Of a stretch of 64,000 nt of DNA, positions 22,032-34,590 are shown in pieces (the first letter of the stretch is position 1; each line of letters begins with the position of its first letter). Below the pieces are notes generated by a model. It was not told the DNA's origin and ran no database searches. It saw only the letters and a list, made by a program, of their open reading frames with translations. A program made the translations under genes and the position numbers. The DNA lies in NCBI RefSeq assembly GCF_018977255.1, contig NW_024704743.1, positions 57,848,001 to 57,912,000 of the forward strand, in the 5' to 3' direction. The stretch is from Callorhinchus milii. Taxonomy: Eukaryota.

Positions 22032-24189
22032 GGTCAATTCAGGGCAGGCTGGGGAACTCTTCATTCAATTTCTGTAAGATGGCTTTGATCAAGATACTGA
22101 AGTGGTTGCAGATTATTTCTGATGAGGGCTGGTGTGCAACTTCAATCCACTTGTGCACAAGAATTATGGTAGTAAATAAAGCAACTACCTGCGTCGAATG
22201 GATTGAAGTGATTAATACAACTCTGGAAAGCAAGTCTTTGATTTAGTGTGGAAATGGATTGATGCTCCAACAAAACTACTTACTGGGAGCATAAGAGTCT
22301 ACCCATTCGGCTCCTATTAACCCTGCAAACCAAAGCCCAAACTGGTTTGGTGGTCCCTGCAGGTCAAGCAACGGGAACCTTTCCAGGCAATGATAATGTG
22401 CCATTTCCACAGCACATTTTCTTTATTTAAAAAAATTATGATGTAGAATGAAAGGGTTTGACAACTCCATTTGGAACAGCAAACAAGTTGTCAGAGAATT
22501 AGGATGTTGACTAAAGATATGGTCAAAATGTTATGTTTTTAGGAGAATTTGGGCAAAAGGGGCAGAATAAATGTTGATGTTGACTTATTTTTCAAATGTT
22601 GTCCTATTTTCCCATTCAGATGCTGATTGACCAACACTTCCTGTTTTATTTTCACTGTTGTTTTTCAGCCGATAGATAGGAAATGTTCATTAGCTGTGTT
22701 TGCTCAGTATGACAACATTATCAGATCAGTAACTCACATGTGGAATGCTGGTTTGAGTCCAAGACCACAATTCTAAGATAGCCTGGACTGTGGCTCCCAT
22801 TGAATGCAGTGCGGGTCTAATCTATAAAGACCAACTGTGAAAACAAGTTTTCTTTAATTTCACTCGGCATTTCAACTCTCAAATGGTTGCATAATTTCTT
22901 GATTGGTGAATAGAACACGTGACACAATTGTCTTAGCATAACTATGTCACCGTTTAAAACAAGATGGTAATTTGCTATTTCATATTTGCACCAGGCATAT
23001 TGTGTAGGTTATTTTATATAGGTATATAGGTTAATCAAGGTCCTGTCTGTCTGTTCAGGTGGAGTTAAGATGGCACTGGGGAGGGGCTATTTTCCTGGTG
23101 CCCTGACCAGCACTCAGCCAGATAAAATTGGTCATTCACTTCATGGTGAGACGATTTGTGGGACATTGCATATATTCATAAATATTGAATTCTGGCAGTA
23201 ACTAGATCTATTCATCTGACTGGTAGCACCACTAAAGTCTACTGAATGGGTTGGATCAGATATTCTGTGGGTCAGTGTGACACCCAGGTCCTGGCGGGAT
23301 TCCACATTCACAAATTTGAATATTGTATTTTTGACCCCAATAATACATCAATTATCCATCCCATTAGCTACAACACCTGCAAACATATTTCTATTTATTT
23401 TGCTCACATTAGTTTCAGCTCAAAGGGCAGTTTAGTAAAAGATTGATGTTTTACAATGACACTATCCACCGAACCTGTATCCTGGTTTGCTGAGAAAGCT
23501 GTGAGAAAAGTGAAATCAAAGAGCACTGGGCAACAATTCCCCAAAGTAATACAAGATTTAACAAATTTGTTGTGCAGTGAGCTTGTAATTTGATGGTCAC
23601 ACTAGACATTCTACTACAAATATTCCATATAGGGCTTGCGTTACAAATATCACATTACCACACTCCAGATTTGGAGATGCAAACACTGATAAAAATACAA
23701 ATATCATGATACTTTGGTCTGAATCTACTTGGATATGTCAGTCCTCAAATTGGTTACAGAATTGTGATTGACTCACTTTTACGTCTCACATGGTGGAGAG
23801 TATAACTGATAATCACAACATTGTCATTGCATATCTTTGTTATCTACAGAAGTTATCAAGCACAAGATATTGCCAGGAGTCTCTCCAAGCAACCCTGAGC
23901 ACTTGACAGTGGTGGAAACTGACACCAAGCCAGGGTGAGAGGGAGGTGGTTTACAGAATCTTTTCATCTCCGATATCTGGATTCAAATCCAGCCCACAAA
24001 TGGATTGTATGTGTCCACTTTCTGCTGTTAGCAACAAAGTTCCTGGTGAGAGTGAGACCAGAGTGTAAAATATGTCCATCTCATATGGAAAGACCAAAGG
24101 CAAGGCTGCCGAGTCAAATGTGAACTTTCTTCTTTCTTATTTCTACTAGCGGGTAAGTCGGTAACCCAGGGATACCGATTTAAAATAGT

Positions 24190-24450
24190 TGTTTGTTAAA
24201 AGAAACAGAGGAGAAATTTTATCACACAGCGAATTGTTCGAATCTGGAATGCATTGCATGAAAGGGTGGTGGAAACCGATTAAATAACAAATTTTAAGAG
24301 TAGATAATTATTTGAGGAGGACAAGTTTGCAAGGCTATGGGAAAAGAGTGGGGATGTGGGATTGATTTGGATAGCTCTTTTCAAAGAGCTGGCACAGACA
24401 TGATAGGCCGAATGGCCTCCTTCTGTGCTGTATAATTCTATGATATGTAA
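24190..24450 (+). mobile_element. CR1-type LINE 3' end
   Basis: RRNFITQRIVRIWNAL and tail gagctggcacagacatgataggccgaatggcctccttctgtgctgtataattctatg. Confidence 0.85.
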
Positions 24451-25184
24451 CTTATGATATTCGTGACCAGGGAGTTGTTGATGTTGGTAGTGACTGACAA
24501 AAAAACTATAGCCACCTTGTTGAATGACAAAAAAATTCACTAAATAAAACTTTACATAAATGTAAACCGCTTCTTCGCCCGGAACAGTGAAGTTTAACCT
24601 CGTTTGGCAAGCTCTGTGGCATTTTACAATTTTCAGTTTAAATGGAATAAATGTCCCTGGTTCTTATGTGTCTTAAGTATTAATCTGGCTCTTCTGTCCT
24701 GTTCAAAAGTCTCAACTACCCCAGTCTCACATGCAATACAACAGCGATTGCACATAGACCATTTTCAATTTGCAAGGCGAGGTTGGATTGCATTCCCTGA
24801 CAATCTTCCATGGAGGAGCTGCCGCATTCATTGTCAACCAGATGATCGACTCAGAGAAATATCATATAGCAGCTATTTGTGATTGTGCCTCTGATCACAT
24901 AATTGCATGACTAAAAAAAATTGTATTGATGATAATGCATCATTGAATCAAGAATATCGCCCAAATAACCTTGAATGTTTCTATGATTGTGTCACAATTG
25001 TCAGTGCTATTTCAATTCCCACCCTTTCACAATTCCTCTTTATTGACTGTTTAGGTGGATGTTAACGATCTTGTCCCATTATTGAAAAAGACAAGGGAGT
25101 TTCTCAAGATGTTCTGGCCAAAAATCTACCAGATAAAAATTAATCATTCGCTTTATATCTGTCTGTGAGACATTACTTTGCGTC

Positions 25185-25325
25185 ATAATAATAATCATCC
25201 TAGCATTTGTTATAGCGCTTTTTATGCCTTCTAGACATCCTAAAGCGCTTCACAGAATATACTGTAAAGTGAATTGACTGTATATTTGTGGGTGAAATGC
25301 GGCTGCCAATTGCGCACAGCAGAAT
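25185..25325 (-). mobile_element. SINE 3' fragment
   Basis: Tail plus cagccaattgcgcacagca-type core. Confidence 0.8.
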
Positions 25326-25652
25326 GGCTGCCACATTCAGCTACAAAATAGTCACTATACTCTGCGGTAAATTCTGCGCAGTGACTTGAGTGTCTTCCCT
25401 TAAAAGGGTGATATTCTGACCCATGCAATTTGAGTTCCATTAGCGTAGGATTGATAATGTGTAACATAGAAGGCAGAGGCAGGAGGAGCATCTACAAGCA
25501 AAAAGCAGCCAGCATAGCTTCAGAGTGATAGTACCCAATTCTTCATTCATTGACGACATTGCAGCTTAAGTATATAACAATGATTCTTATGCTATTGTTT
25601 ATTTAGACTTTCAGCAAGCTTTATGTAAAAAGCTAAAAGTAAAAAGCTAAAG

Positions 25653-25815
25653 CGAAGACCCTCCTCTTCGACCATGCCATTGGCCACTCCCCTTCACCTC
25701 CCTTCCCCCCACCCCCCGACCCCAGCTCGGGTCTGAAATGCTGTACACTGTCCAGCGTCTTGGGACGTCCTCCCGACATGAAAGGCGCTATACAAATGTA
25801 ATCGGGTTCTTGTTG
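25653..25815 (+). mobile_element. L2 3' tail
   Basis: aagaccctcctcttcgaccatgcc...gggacgtcctcccgacatgaaaggcgctatacaaatgtaatc. Confidence 0.85.
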
Positions 25816-26154
25816 AGACAGTACATAGGTAAAGGATGCTATATAAATGCAAGTTGCTGTATACAAAGTATAATTAGATGTCATTAGATGTACTAGAGGG
25901 GTGAAATGATGTGGCTGAATTGGCCTTTTCTCACAAATAAGTTAAATTAGTAGTATAAAATGAGTAGTGACCGAGGCCATTACTGCACGTTCAGGACACG
26001 TTCTAGCGATAGGCAGTTACCAGATCCTGTTGTAAATGTACTACACAAGGAAGGATCTCTCAGAACACTGTGAAGTTCGAGGAAACATCAATTTCATTCA
26101 GAGATCCAGATATAAAAAAAACGTAAGTCTCTGAATGGTGGAATCTGGAACTGG

Positions 26155-26431
26155 TTTATTGGCACATGCAGCTATGTGAACGTGAAGTAATGAATACACT
26201 GGCTTGTTACAGTAGGGATTACAAATATATAGAAGGCTGTAATTTTTAAAAATGTTTGAGGTATTTATTAACATGTCCTCATCGGTGCAAATTTAAAAAC
26301 ACAGGACCTGGAACAACTTTTTAATGACAATTGTACTGAATTATACATCAATTGATCTAATGTACCAAAGCCTGGTCTCCACTGGTTACTTATCCTCTTT
26401 TGCATGCAAGGGCTTTCCTACTCGTATTGTA
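26155..26431 (-). other. PHF14: PHF14 3' UTR with candidate poly(A) signals
   Basis: AATAAA on the minus strand at 26264-26269 and 26155-26160, downstream of the TAA. Confidence 0.6.
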
Positions 26432-26518
26432 TTAACTTGCTGGGTTGAAATTGTTTTCTTCCAATGCATTCTCATCTTCTCCCTCCTCTTCATCTTCCTC
26501 GAGCTCTTCATCATCTTC
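26432..26518 (-). CDS. PHF14: PHF14 terminal coding exon (acidic tail)
   Basis: Acceptor acttcttcttcacag. Phase 0 gives EDDEELEEDEEEGEDENALEENNFNPAS*, matching the phase of the PHD exon. Human PHF14 likewise continues SSK|EDENE. Confidence 0.85.
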   Translation of the reverse strand, partial: EDDEELEEDEEEGEDENALEENNFNPAS

Positions 26519-29500
26519 CTGTGAAGAAGAAGTGTTTTATGATGTAATGAACAATTCAGTACTGATATCAATTCTATAACAACAGTACTAATTGCTGATG
26601 TCTCCATACCATTTTAAACAAGTATATTAATATTTAGTTTGCATAAACACAATAACATTACAGTAAACAGTATTGTCTAATTATTTTATCTTTAACATAT
26701 ATTCAGTCAATAGTCCATCATATTATTATTATCCATCATAATTACAGGGTAGAAAACAACTCCTTAGATTCAGATAGCAATTTATCCTTCACTGTTAAAG
26801 TTGCAATAATCATATCAAAATACCATTTCCTCCCCACTTACAAATCTGCATAAGGAGCTTTTATTTAAACAGTTACCTTCAAAAAATGTTAAAGGTACAG
26901 ACCAGAAGGCTAGGAATTAATATTATGAAGTAGCTGTCATAAGAAAGTGTTCCTTCAATTTTGTAATCAGTTACTGCTGATATACCAGCTGAAGACTATA
27001 AATCTTATTTCAGACATTTATGCTTCTATGTTGTATTTTATGAACTATACAGCATAGCTTCCTGACAAGCCTGCCAATTTTCCAATTACTGGTTACCCCA
27101 TATGTTATCTGAAATTCAGTCAAGTCTAAAATGGGAGAAAAGATCATGTCAGGTAGCAGTGCGCTAGCAATCTTCCATAACTCTAACTTAGGGGTTTTGC
27201 ATGCAAGTCACTGTGTAGCTTTTGTAATCCAATTGCTTAAACGAGGCAGGGTCAGAAATGTTGCTCAAGAATGATTGATACCTCCTATTGACTGTTCAAA
27301 AGCACTTCCAACCATATACAGATCTTAGATCAACGGAAGACATAACGGGTATCAGTTAAAGAGAAATTAAGAAATATATTTGCTCACAGTGTTTGGAATC
27401 TTTTTGTCATTCAATATACTTAGAATCTACAGCACCAACTTGTCTGTGCCAGTGTTTATATTCCACATGAGCTTCCATCCATCCTGAAACCCCCTCTCTA
27501 ATCTTCTCTCTCTATTTCCTTCAACTACAGCATTTGACAAGAGTTCTATATTCTCACCAGCTTCTCCGTAAAGAGGTTTCTCTTAAACTCCCTTATAGAT
27601 CCGTTATTAGCCGTGAGAGTATTTTAAATTCGGAAAGCAGTCCAGCCACTGTGTATAAAAATAACCTGCAACAGCAAGGGAGACTTTACACCTAGGAGAG
27701 TATTATTTTCCAAAGTATTTATGCTCTGGTGTGAATGTGTTTAGGGATCATTGTTAAGATGTTTCATGATCATTGTCCCAAAGACAATGGCCAAGTCGTT
27801 CACACCTCAAATTGAATAAGTCTTGAAGCTTTTATGAAACATGAAACTCTTTATCTGGAGAGATCTTTGGAGAGTGACCAGCAGGTCTGAAGGGCTGAAC
27901 AAGCTGAAGAGAGAGAGCGCGACCTGCCTGATTGTTTTCTGTGGGAAAAAAAGCAGTTTTGCAAAACAAAACAAATTGTCGATACAACTTCCCATTGTTT
28001 CTGTTTTTGTTCAATTCTTTTACTTAGACGTAAAAGTCAATGTAGTAAATCTATATACACATTTATAATATTGGTTTAGCATTGGTAATTAAAAGCTTAT
28101 TGTTTTAAATGGAAATGAAGCAGGTTAGCTGCTGATATATTTCCGTCCTTACTTTTGTGGATACTGAAGAGCGATTACCAGTGCTTTATTGTTGGTCCGG
28201 GTTAGTCTGACTGTGATTGCTTGTGCCCATATAATCAGTGCATGACACAGAACAAATTCAGGAGTGAAGCTGGGTGCAGCTGAAATTTGTAGTAACCAAG
28301 GAAGGGGCTCCTGAGGTCATTCAATAAGAGATAAGCAAGACAATTGAAATTGTGTGACAGTGGCTACCTTGTAGTTATTCCCCCTTGTTGTGAACTCGGC
28401 AAGGTGGAACCAGTCTATTTATATGCTTATCTTATGAAACCCCTTCATAACTTAAACACTTCTGTCAGTTCCCCTCTGAATCGTTTCAACTCCAAGGTAA
28501 AATATCCGGGCCTGTTCAGTCCTTGTCGATAGTTACGTCCCATCAAGGCTGGCAACCTTCCACTGAATCGATGCTGCGCTCTCTGCTTGGCCACGATATC
28601 CTTCTTGTATTAAAATTATTGAATCTATTTTGAAACATTGCTGACGACTGATCATGTACCTGGACCTTTCCGCCCTCATTTCAGCACATCGGCTTGTTCT
28701 GATTTTTAATTTGTAAAAAAATTATTGTAATTTGTTTTTGTCATCTTGCCTGTACCTTAAACTGACCTAAGTTCATCTGTTAATTTGAGAACTGCTTCAC
28801 AGGAAACCAACTGAATCAACTCAGTATCTGGCATCAGTCTAATAGCTGTGCCCATGGATTTCTCTGTTACTCCAATCACGGAGATTGATATTTCAGTCAT
28901 GAGTAATCTTTAAAACAAAATTTGGCTTTGTCAAGTTGTTTTGTGAAGTTGTTCTTTTCTGAACAGTACATCCAATACATCCATATGCATTTTCAGTCAG
29001 TTTATTTTCTGGACTTTTCAAAGCAACAACGACTTGCATTTATATAGCATTTGCATATTAATTCCACAACTGCACTTTAATATTCTGTAACTGTAATATC
29101 AATGCCCTCCAGCCACAGTTCAAGTAAAATAATTTGTGCATTGGTCAATACATTTTTCACCCAAATCAACATATTTTTAACTCTAAATGCTGCACAAAAC
29201 CGATGCCTGAAAATGTTCTGAAAAATGAGATTGTGAATGAGATTCACAAGAGGACTCATGAAAATACACCCCAAACTGGTTATGGTTACCTAATAGATAA
29301 TAGATAAGACAAACAATCTCCGTTATAACATGCCTCTTGCTTAGCCTAGGATTCTGCATCAATACTAAAAACATTCTATTTAAGCAAAGACTAAATGCAG
29401 TATTTTCTATTATCCTTCATTTATTTGCATTTGCATAACTTTAATGGTCACCCATGCTCCATTTTAAAAACCCTGGGTGTGTGGTTATCTTCTTGACAAA

Positions 29501-30879
29501 TGACTGAATCCACTGTAAAACATCAGACTGTGAACAGTTAAGCCTTGCACCAATTGCTTTATGGCAGATATAACATTTTTATGATAGATTGCAGATTTTG
29601 ACATTGCAACTGTGCAAAGCAAAGACAGCTGTTTATTACCCAGGGAAAAGGGGACCGTAGCTACATGGATCATTTTCATACTGACAGCCTTGACAAGTTT
29701 GACATTTGCTTTGTGAAGCATTGTAAAGCAGCTGTCAGGAAAACGTACCCCCTGGGGCTTCACACAACTTGTAACTGTGCCCTCTGTGGCACATCCTTAT
29801 TGGTTTTGACTAGGGAAGAACAAAAATTGCCTGCAATGAACTTCTTTCTAATAACATTTGCAGGAAAGAAAGCTTGTAACGGCTATAATTACAAAAAGGG
29901 AGCAGCCATGACATTGGTTTTCTTCAGATATGCATTTTAAATGTGTTCGATCGCAGCCAATTAGCAAGGAAAGCTATCTTGCAAAACGTTACTTTCTATG
30001 AAGAATTAAGATGAAAATTTATAGCTGTAGGTTATTCAATTAACCTTCAAACCACTTGTTACAGAAAAGGTTGTGTCATAGATAAGAGTCTGTGCTTATT
30101 TTATATGGTAAGGGTTAATAACGCTACATCAAATATATATCTCCCCCCACCCTGAAGCTGAATGTCTTAACAGATGAAAGGGACTGCTGATAAAATTTGG
30201 GCTCTGTAGATTTTCAAATTTAGTATAATCCTTACATGGCTAAATCCTTTCCTAGCGCATGTTCTATTTAACGATGTTCACATTGCATGCCATGTGCTGC
30301 TGTTTGACCACCTTTGGCCTTCCTTTTTCTGCATTTTGATTCAATTTTCCAATGAATTGAATTAGCAATCAGCTAACACAATTTATTTCCATCACACTAC
30401 AATTATGTGCTTTCCCATTCCAAGTAATACAAAGGGCAATGAATCTACTTCCAGTTTCAGAGTGCTAGGACAAATATTGCAGCGAATATAAAGCAAACGC
30501 ATAATTATATTTGCTGTAAAGTATACAAATTGTTTTTTTTCTTTAATAACACAGGTTAGATGTTGTAGAATAAATACATTGTAGTTGAAATAGCAATTTA
30601 ATAGAAATTTTAAAACCATTATTGGAAACAAGTGTTTATTTGGATACTTTTCAAAAGAACGTCTAGAATCCAAACTTTAAGATAAGTTTTTTAATCTACC
30701 AAATGGTACTTATTCAAAGATGACTGGGCATAGTTATGCTGCATCACCAATAGATGTCTTGATTCTGGGCCTATCTTGCCTTTTTAAAAACATTTCACTT
30801 CACACATTTTGAGACTCAAAAATCTCTTATACCCCGACCATAACATTTATGTGCCCTAACCACTAAGCTACAGGACTCC

Positions 30880-31150
30880 ACAAATAGGGAGAGACTATTT
30901 TGGTACCAAGAGGAAAGTTAGGAGAATATATTTGACACAGAAGGTTATTAGGATGTGCAATGACTTACCAAAAATAATGGTCGAGGAAGAATCTTTAATA
31001 GCTTTTAAACATGAATGAAAAGCAAAGATATAAAAGGGTATGAAGAAAGGGCAGGGGAATGGGCCTAAATGGATAGCTTTATGTAATAGTTGGTGTTGGC
31101 ACAGGCACAATGAATCAAATGATCGCCATGTGGTATACAATGATATGTAT
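30880..31150 (+). mobile_element. CR1-type LINE 3' relic
   Basis: RRIYLTQKVIRMCNDLP-like end and degenerate CR1 3' UTR. Confidence 0.65.
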
Positions 31151-31771
31151 ATCATTTACTGTAAAACAGCAGATTAATCAATAAACAGTAACATATTTGT
31201 AAATGAAGTAGCCATTAGTGTTGTCATTAGAGTTGTGTCTTCCCTTTTACAGCACCATGGATCTGCTTTGAACTCCCTGATGACTGACAACTTAGATCTT
31301 CAACTATATATGTGCTAGAACTGACTGATGAATTTTGCTTCAAACAGATCTGAAGGAGTTGATTTTGGACATGATCTGACGTTTCATTTCACACTACCCA
31401 AATCTATCAGTGTCCTTAATTGGTGTTAGAGCAAAGAGGAATATTAAGGGTATTATCTATAGTATCTGGATTCAGAGGACATCCTGCCTAACTGAGATAA
31501 ATGAGCCTTCACTTTTTTTGTGAATTGCTGTAGCAGCACCAAAATGCCTGAACATAGGAGAGAAGAGTGCTCACCTTTGAAGACAGGAAAGAAGACTACT
31601 CTCCAGACTCATATTTACCCAAAGGTGTCTATACCAAACAACTGGATCCTGCATTCCCATTCCGGCTCTGCGGGGTTAGAGGCAAAGACTCAGAGCCACT
31701 CTGTTCACCACAACACCTAGATTTGTTTTGTAAATACAGTATGTTCTTCCTATCCAAACCCGTATGCTTAT

Positions 31772-31990
31772 ACAACAACAACAACTTGGATTTATATAGC
31801 GCCCTCAACGCCGGACGGCATCTCAGAGTACTTCAAAGTAACGGATCCCGGGGCCGAGCCAGTGGGAGGGGGAGAAAGGTGACCAAAGTCGCGGTCGAAA
31901 AGAAAGGTCTTCAGCGGGGACCTGAAAATAGGAAGAAAGGGGGCGAGGCGAAAGGAGTGAGGAAGGGAATTCCACAGCCTTGGGGCATAC
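31772..31990 (-). mobile_element. L2 3' end, second tail subtype
   Basis: YAPRLWNSLPHSFR...LKTFLF; (CAA)n at 31772. Confidence 0.88.
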
Positions 31991-34269
31991 CCTAATGAAT
32001 CAAGCATTGATCCAATACTTTTTGTATTACTCCAGTGAATTGGTGTCATACCTATCCTATTGTCCTCCCATTACAACATCAAGATGTTTCTTAAGACTTC
32101 CAACCATCCTTCTTCATAACCAGCTCAAGTCATTAATTACCCTCTGGGTAAAGAAATATTTTCTAGTGGGTGTCCTTTGCAACCCTGAATCTATGTTCTC
32201 TTGTTGAAATAAATATATTGCTAAAATGTACTATATCATTATAAATGTTTTACTCCAGGTCAATAATTAGATCAGCACTGTAGTCGAGGATCAGAGACTG
32301 TGTTAACCATTTCCACATCATTTATAAGTCTTGTGATACAAGCATAGGAAAGGAATGGGTCAATTGCAGATATATTAGAACATCAAGTGTGGGTTCAAAA
32401 GTAAACTACAAAATTATGATGAATTTAAATTTAATTTCTTATTTAATAAACTGAAAGATCTCTGTCAAATGTTCAGTAACAATGGGAGCCAGAGAAAAAA
32501 TCACGGAAGAGATGCTTTCAGAAGTGATGTAATTCATCCCCATACAGCATAAGATGTTCACCTCATGCCTCACTTTCGTTGTAATAAAACGTGCTGTTGT
32601 TAGGAGTAACAAGGAATTTGACCTTTCCTGCCCTTCTCTCCTCGCCAGAAGCAGCACAACCCGTGATCCTCATATCCTTTTGTCATATTTCTACAACTTT
32701 TACAACAAACAGGAAAGTAAAAAAATAAAGCTGAAAGGAAAAAAAGCTGCTAAAAATACAACAACTGAAAGGAATGCCTGAGAGACAGCATGAAATTGAT
32801 AGTGAGCTGGGAGCTGAAGCTGCCAAGCTCCTAATCCAGCTAATAGAATGATGAGATTTAAAGAGAGCACATAACGCCTGAAGCAATACTAAAGGAACAT
32901 GGAAATAATGAATGAGAATGAACCCCTGTCTCTTCCCACACCCGGAGGACCTTCCCTGTCCATCTACAAAGTGAAATGAAGTTGAATATTCCAAAATCTA
33001 GCCTTTCGTTTTCATTGATGACAGTAAAATCAACCCGGGTGTACTTGTCACTAACCACTTAACTCATCAGGCTGTCAATATTCCGGCCACATTTAATTAT
33101 GTATTGATACCTATGCCTAACTTGCCACTCGCATAACATCACTGATCACCTTTCCCTTGAACCAATGAGTTATCAAGAGTTTACTATATTTCCTATTTTA
33201 AGACAGGAAACATTAAGAGGCATAACTCAATTAAAAAATATCCTTACATTTGATAGTGCTTACAATGTTGAAAAGTATCAAAATGCTTAACAAGTAATTA
33301 TAATACTAATCCTTTCATTTATAAAGGCACTATATCACATTATTATTTTCACGTCAATAGGACATGATAGAGACATTATTATTTTCATGTCAGTAGGATA
33401 TCTCAAAGTGCTTCTCAGGATTTACTGTGAAGTGTAGCGACTGTGCATTTTCTGGTGAATTGCTGTCAAAAATAGTAAAATCTGTAGGAAAACATGGCAC
33501 CCAAATTATGCACAAAAGGATCTCAAAAATAGCCATGAAATGGAAACTAAAGAAAACCATCAGAAGGAACTGCAATAAACCATGTTTTGAATTTCTTCAG
33601 TTAAAACAGTACTTTTTTCATCTTAAGGGTAGTAATAATAATACTGTAGTAATCCTTGCTTCTGATATATCACCTATAACATCAAAATGTCTCAAATATC
33701 ATAAGAAAGGTCTGAATGAAGAGGATTCTTCAGCTCATTTGATTTCATCATTCCAGAATACGCACCATACAACACTACTATTAAAGTAGTCAAGTTGTTT
33801 TTTAAATGAGTCCACTCTTGCTGGTAACTCATTCTAGTTAATTCCCTTCCAACTGAAGAAATACTTCCTGGCATCTATTCTGAAATTGCACTCTGCAACT
33901 GTGAACCCGGGTCCTCTTGTTCGGCTGCTTTGGAATATTTCAAAGTATTATTTTGGGTTTACTTTCTCATTCCTACTCAAAGTGCTTCATGGGGAATTGT
34001 TATAAAGTGTATTTATAGCAGAATTGAAAGTTAATTTGTGCACAACAATGTCCCATAAATGGAAAGTTCCCTTTAACACTTGCTTTTCACTATTGTGAAT
34101 GAACCAGACCTGAGACACTGACCTAGGGTGACAATTTATTTCCCCCAAAAAGAGATGGCTGTTGGTTTGAGATAAGTAAACAAACTTGTATGACTTGCAA
34201 GAGAGAACATCTTAGGTAGGGTTTCTTCTTGCTATTGCGATATCCTGGAAATTGTTCTTAAACAACATT

Positions 34270-34590
34270 TACAACAACAACAAGATTACATTTGTAAAGC
34301 GCCTTTCATGTCGGGAGGACGTCCCAAGGCGCTGCACAGAGAACAGCAATTCAGACCCGAGCTGGGTTGGGGGGGGGGTAAGGGAGGGGAGGAGAAGGGG
34401 GATGGCCGATGGCATGGTCTTGAGGCAGGACTTGAAGGAGGCTAAGGAGGGGGCGAGGCAGAGTGACTGGAGGATAGAATCTAAGAGATTGGGGGCAGAG
34501 CGGCTGAAGGCTCTCCCACCATTGGTGGGTTGGGGGACGTGGAGCAGGCCGGAGCCGGCTGAGCGGAGGGAACGGGTGGGTTGGTAGGAG
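34270..34590 (-). mobile_element. L2 3' end
   Basis: (CAA)n gattacatttgt...tgtcgggaggacgtcccaag plus ORF2 end. Confidence 0.88.

Noticed and set aside
1..25000. THSD7A 3' exons expected from human synteny
   Set aside because: No thrombospondin-repeat or LAYDGD-type C-terminal sequence seen.
26386..26607. 73-aa basic ORF from the track
   Set aside because: Wrong frame: the phase-0 acidic frame is the one that joins the PHF14 PHD exon.
29710..29738. miR-103/107 homolog (agcattgta)
   Set aside because: Only a partial match, the seed differs, and the host is not a PANK gene.
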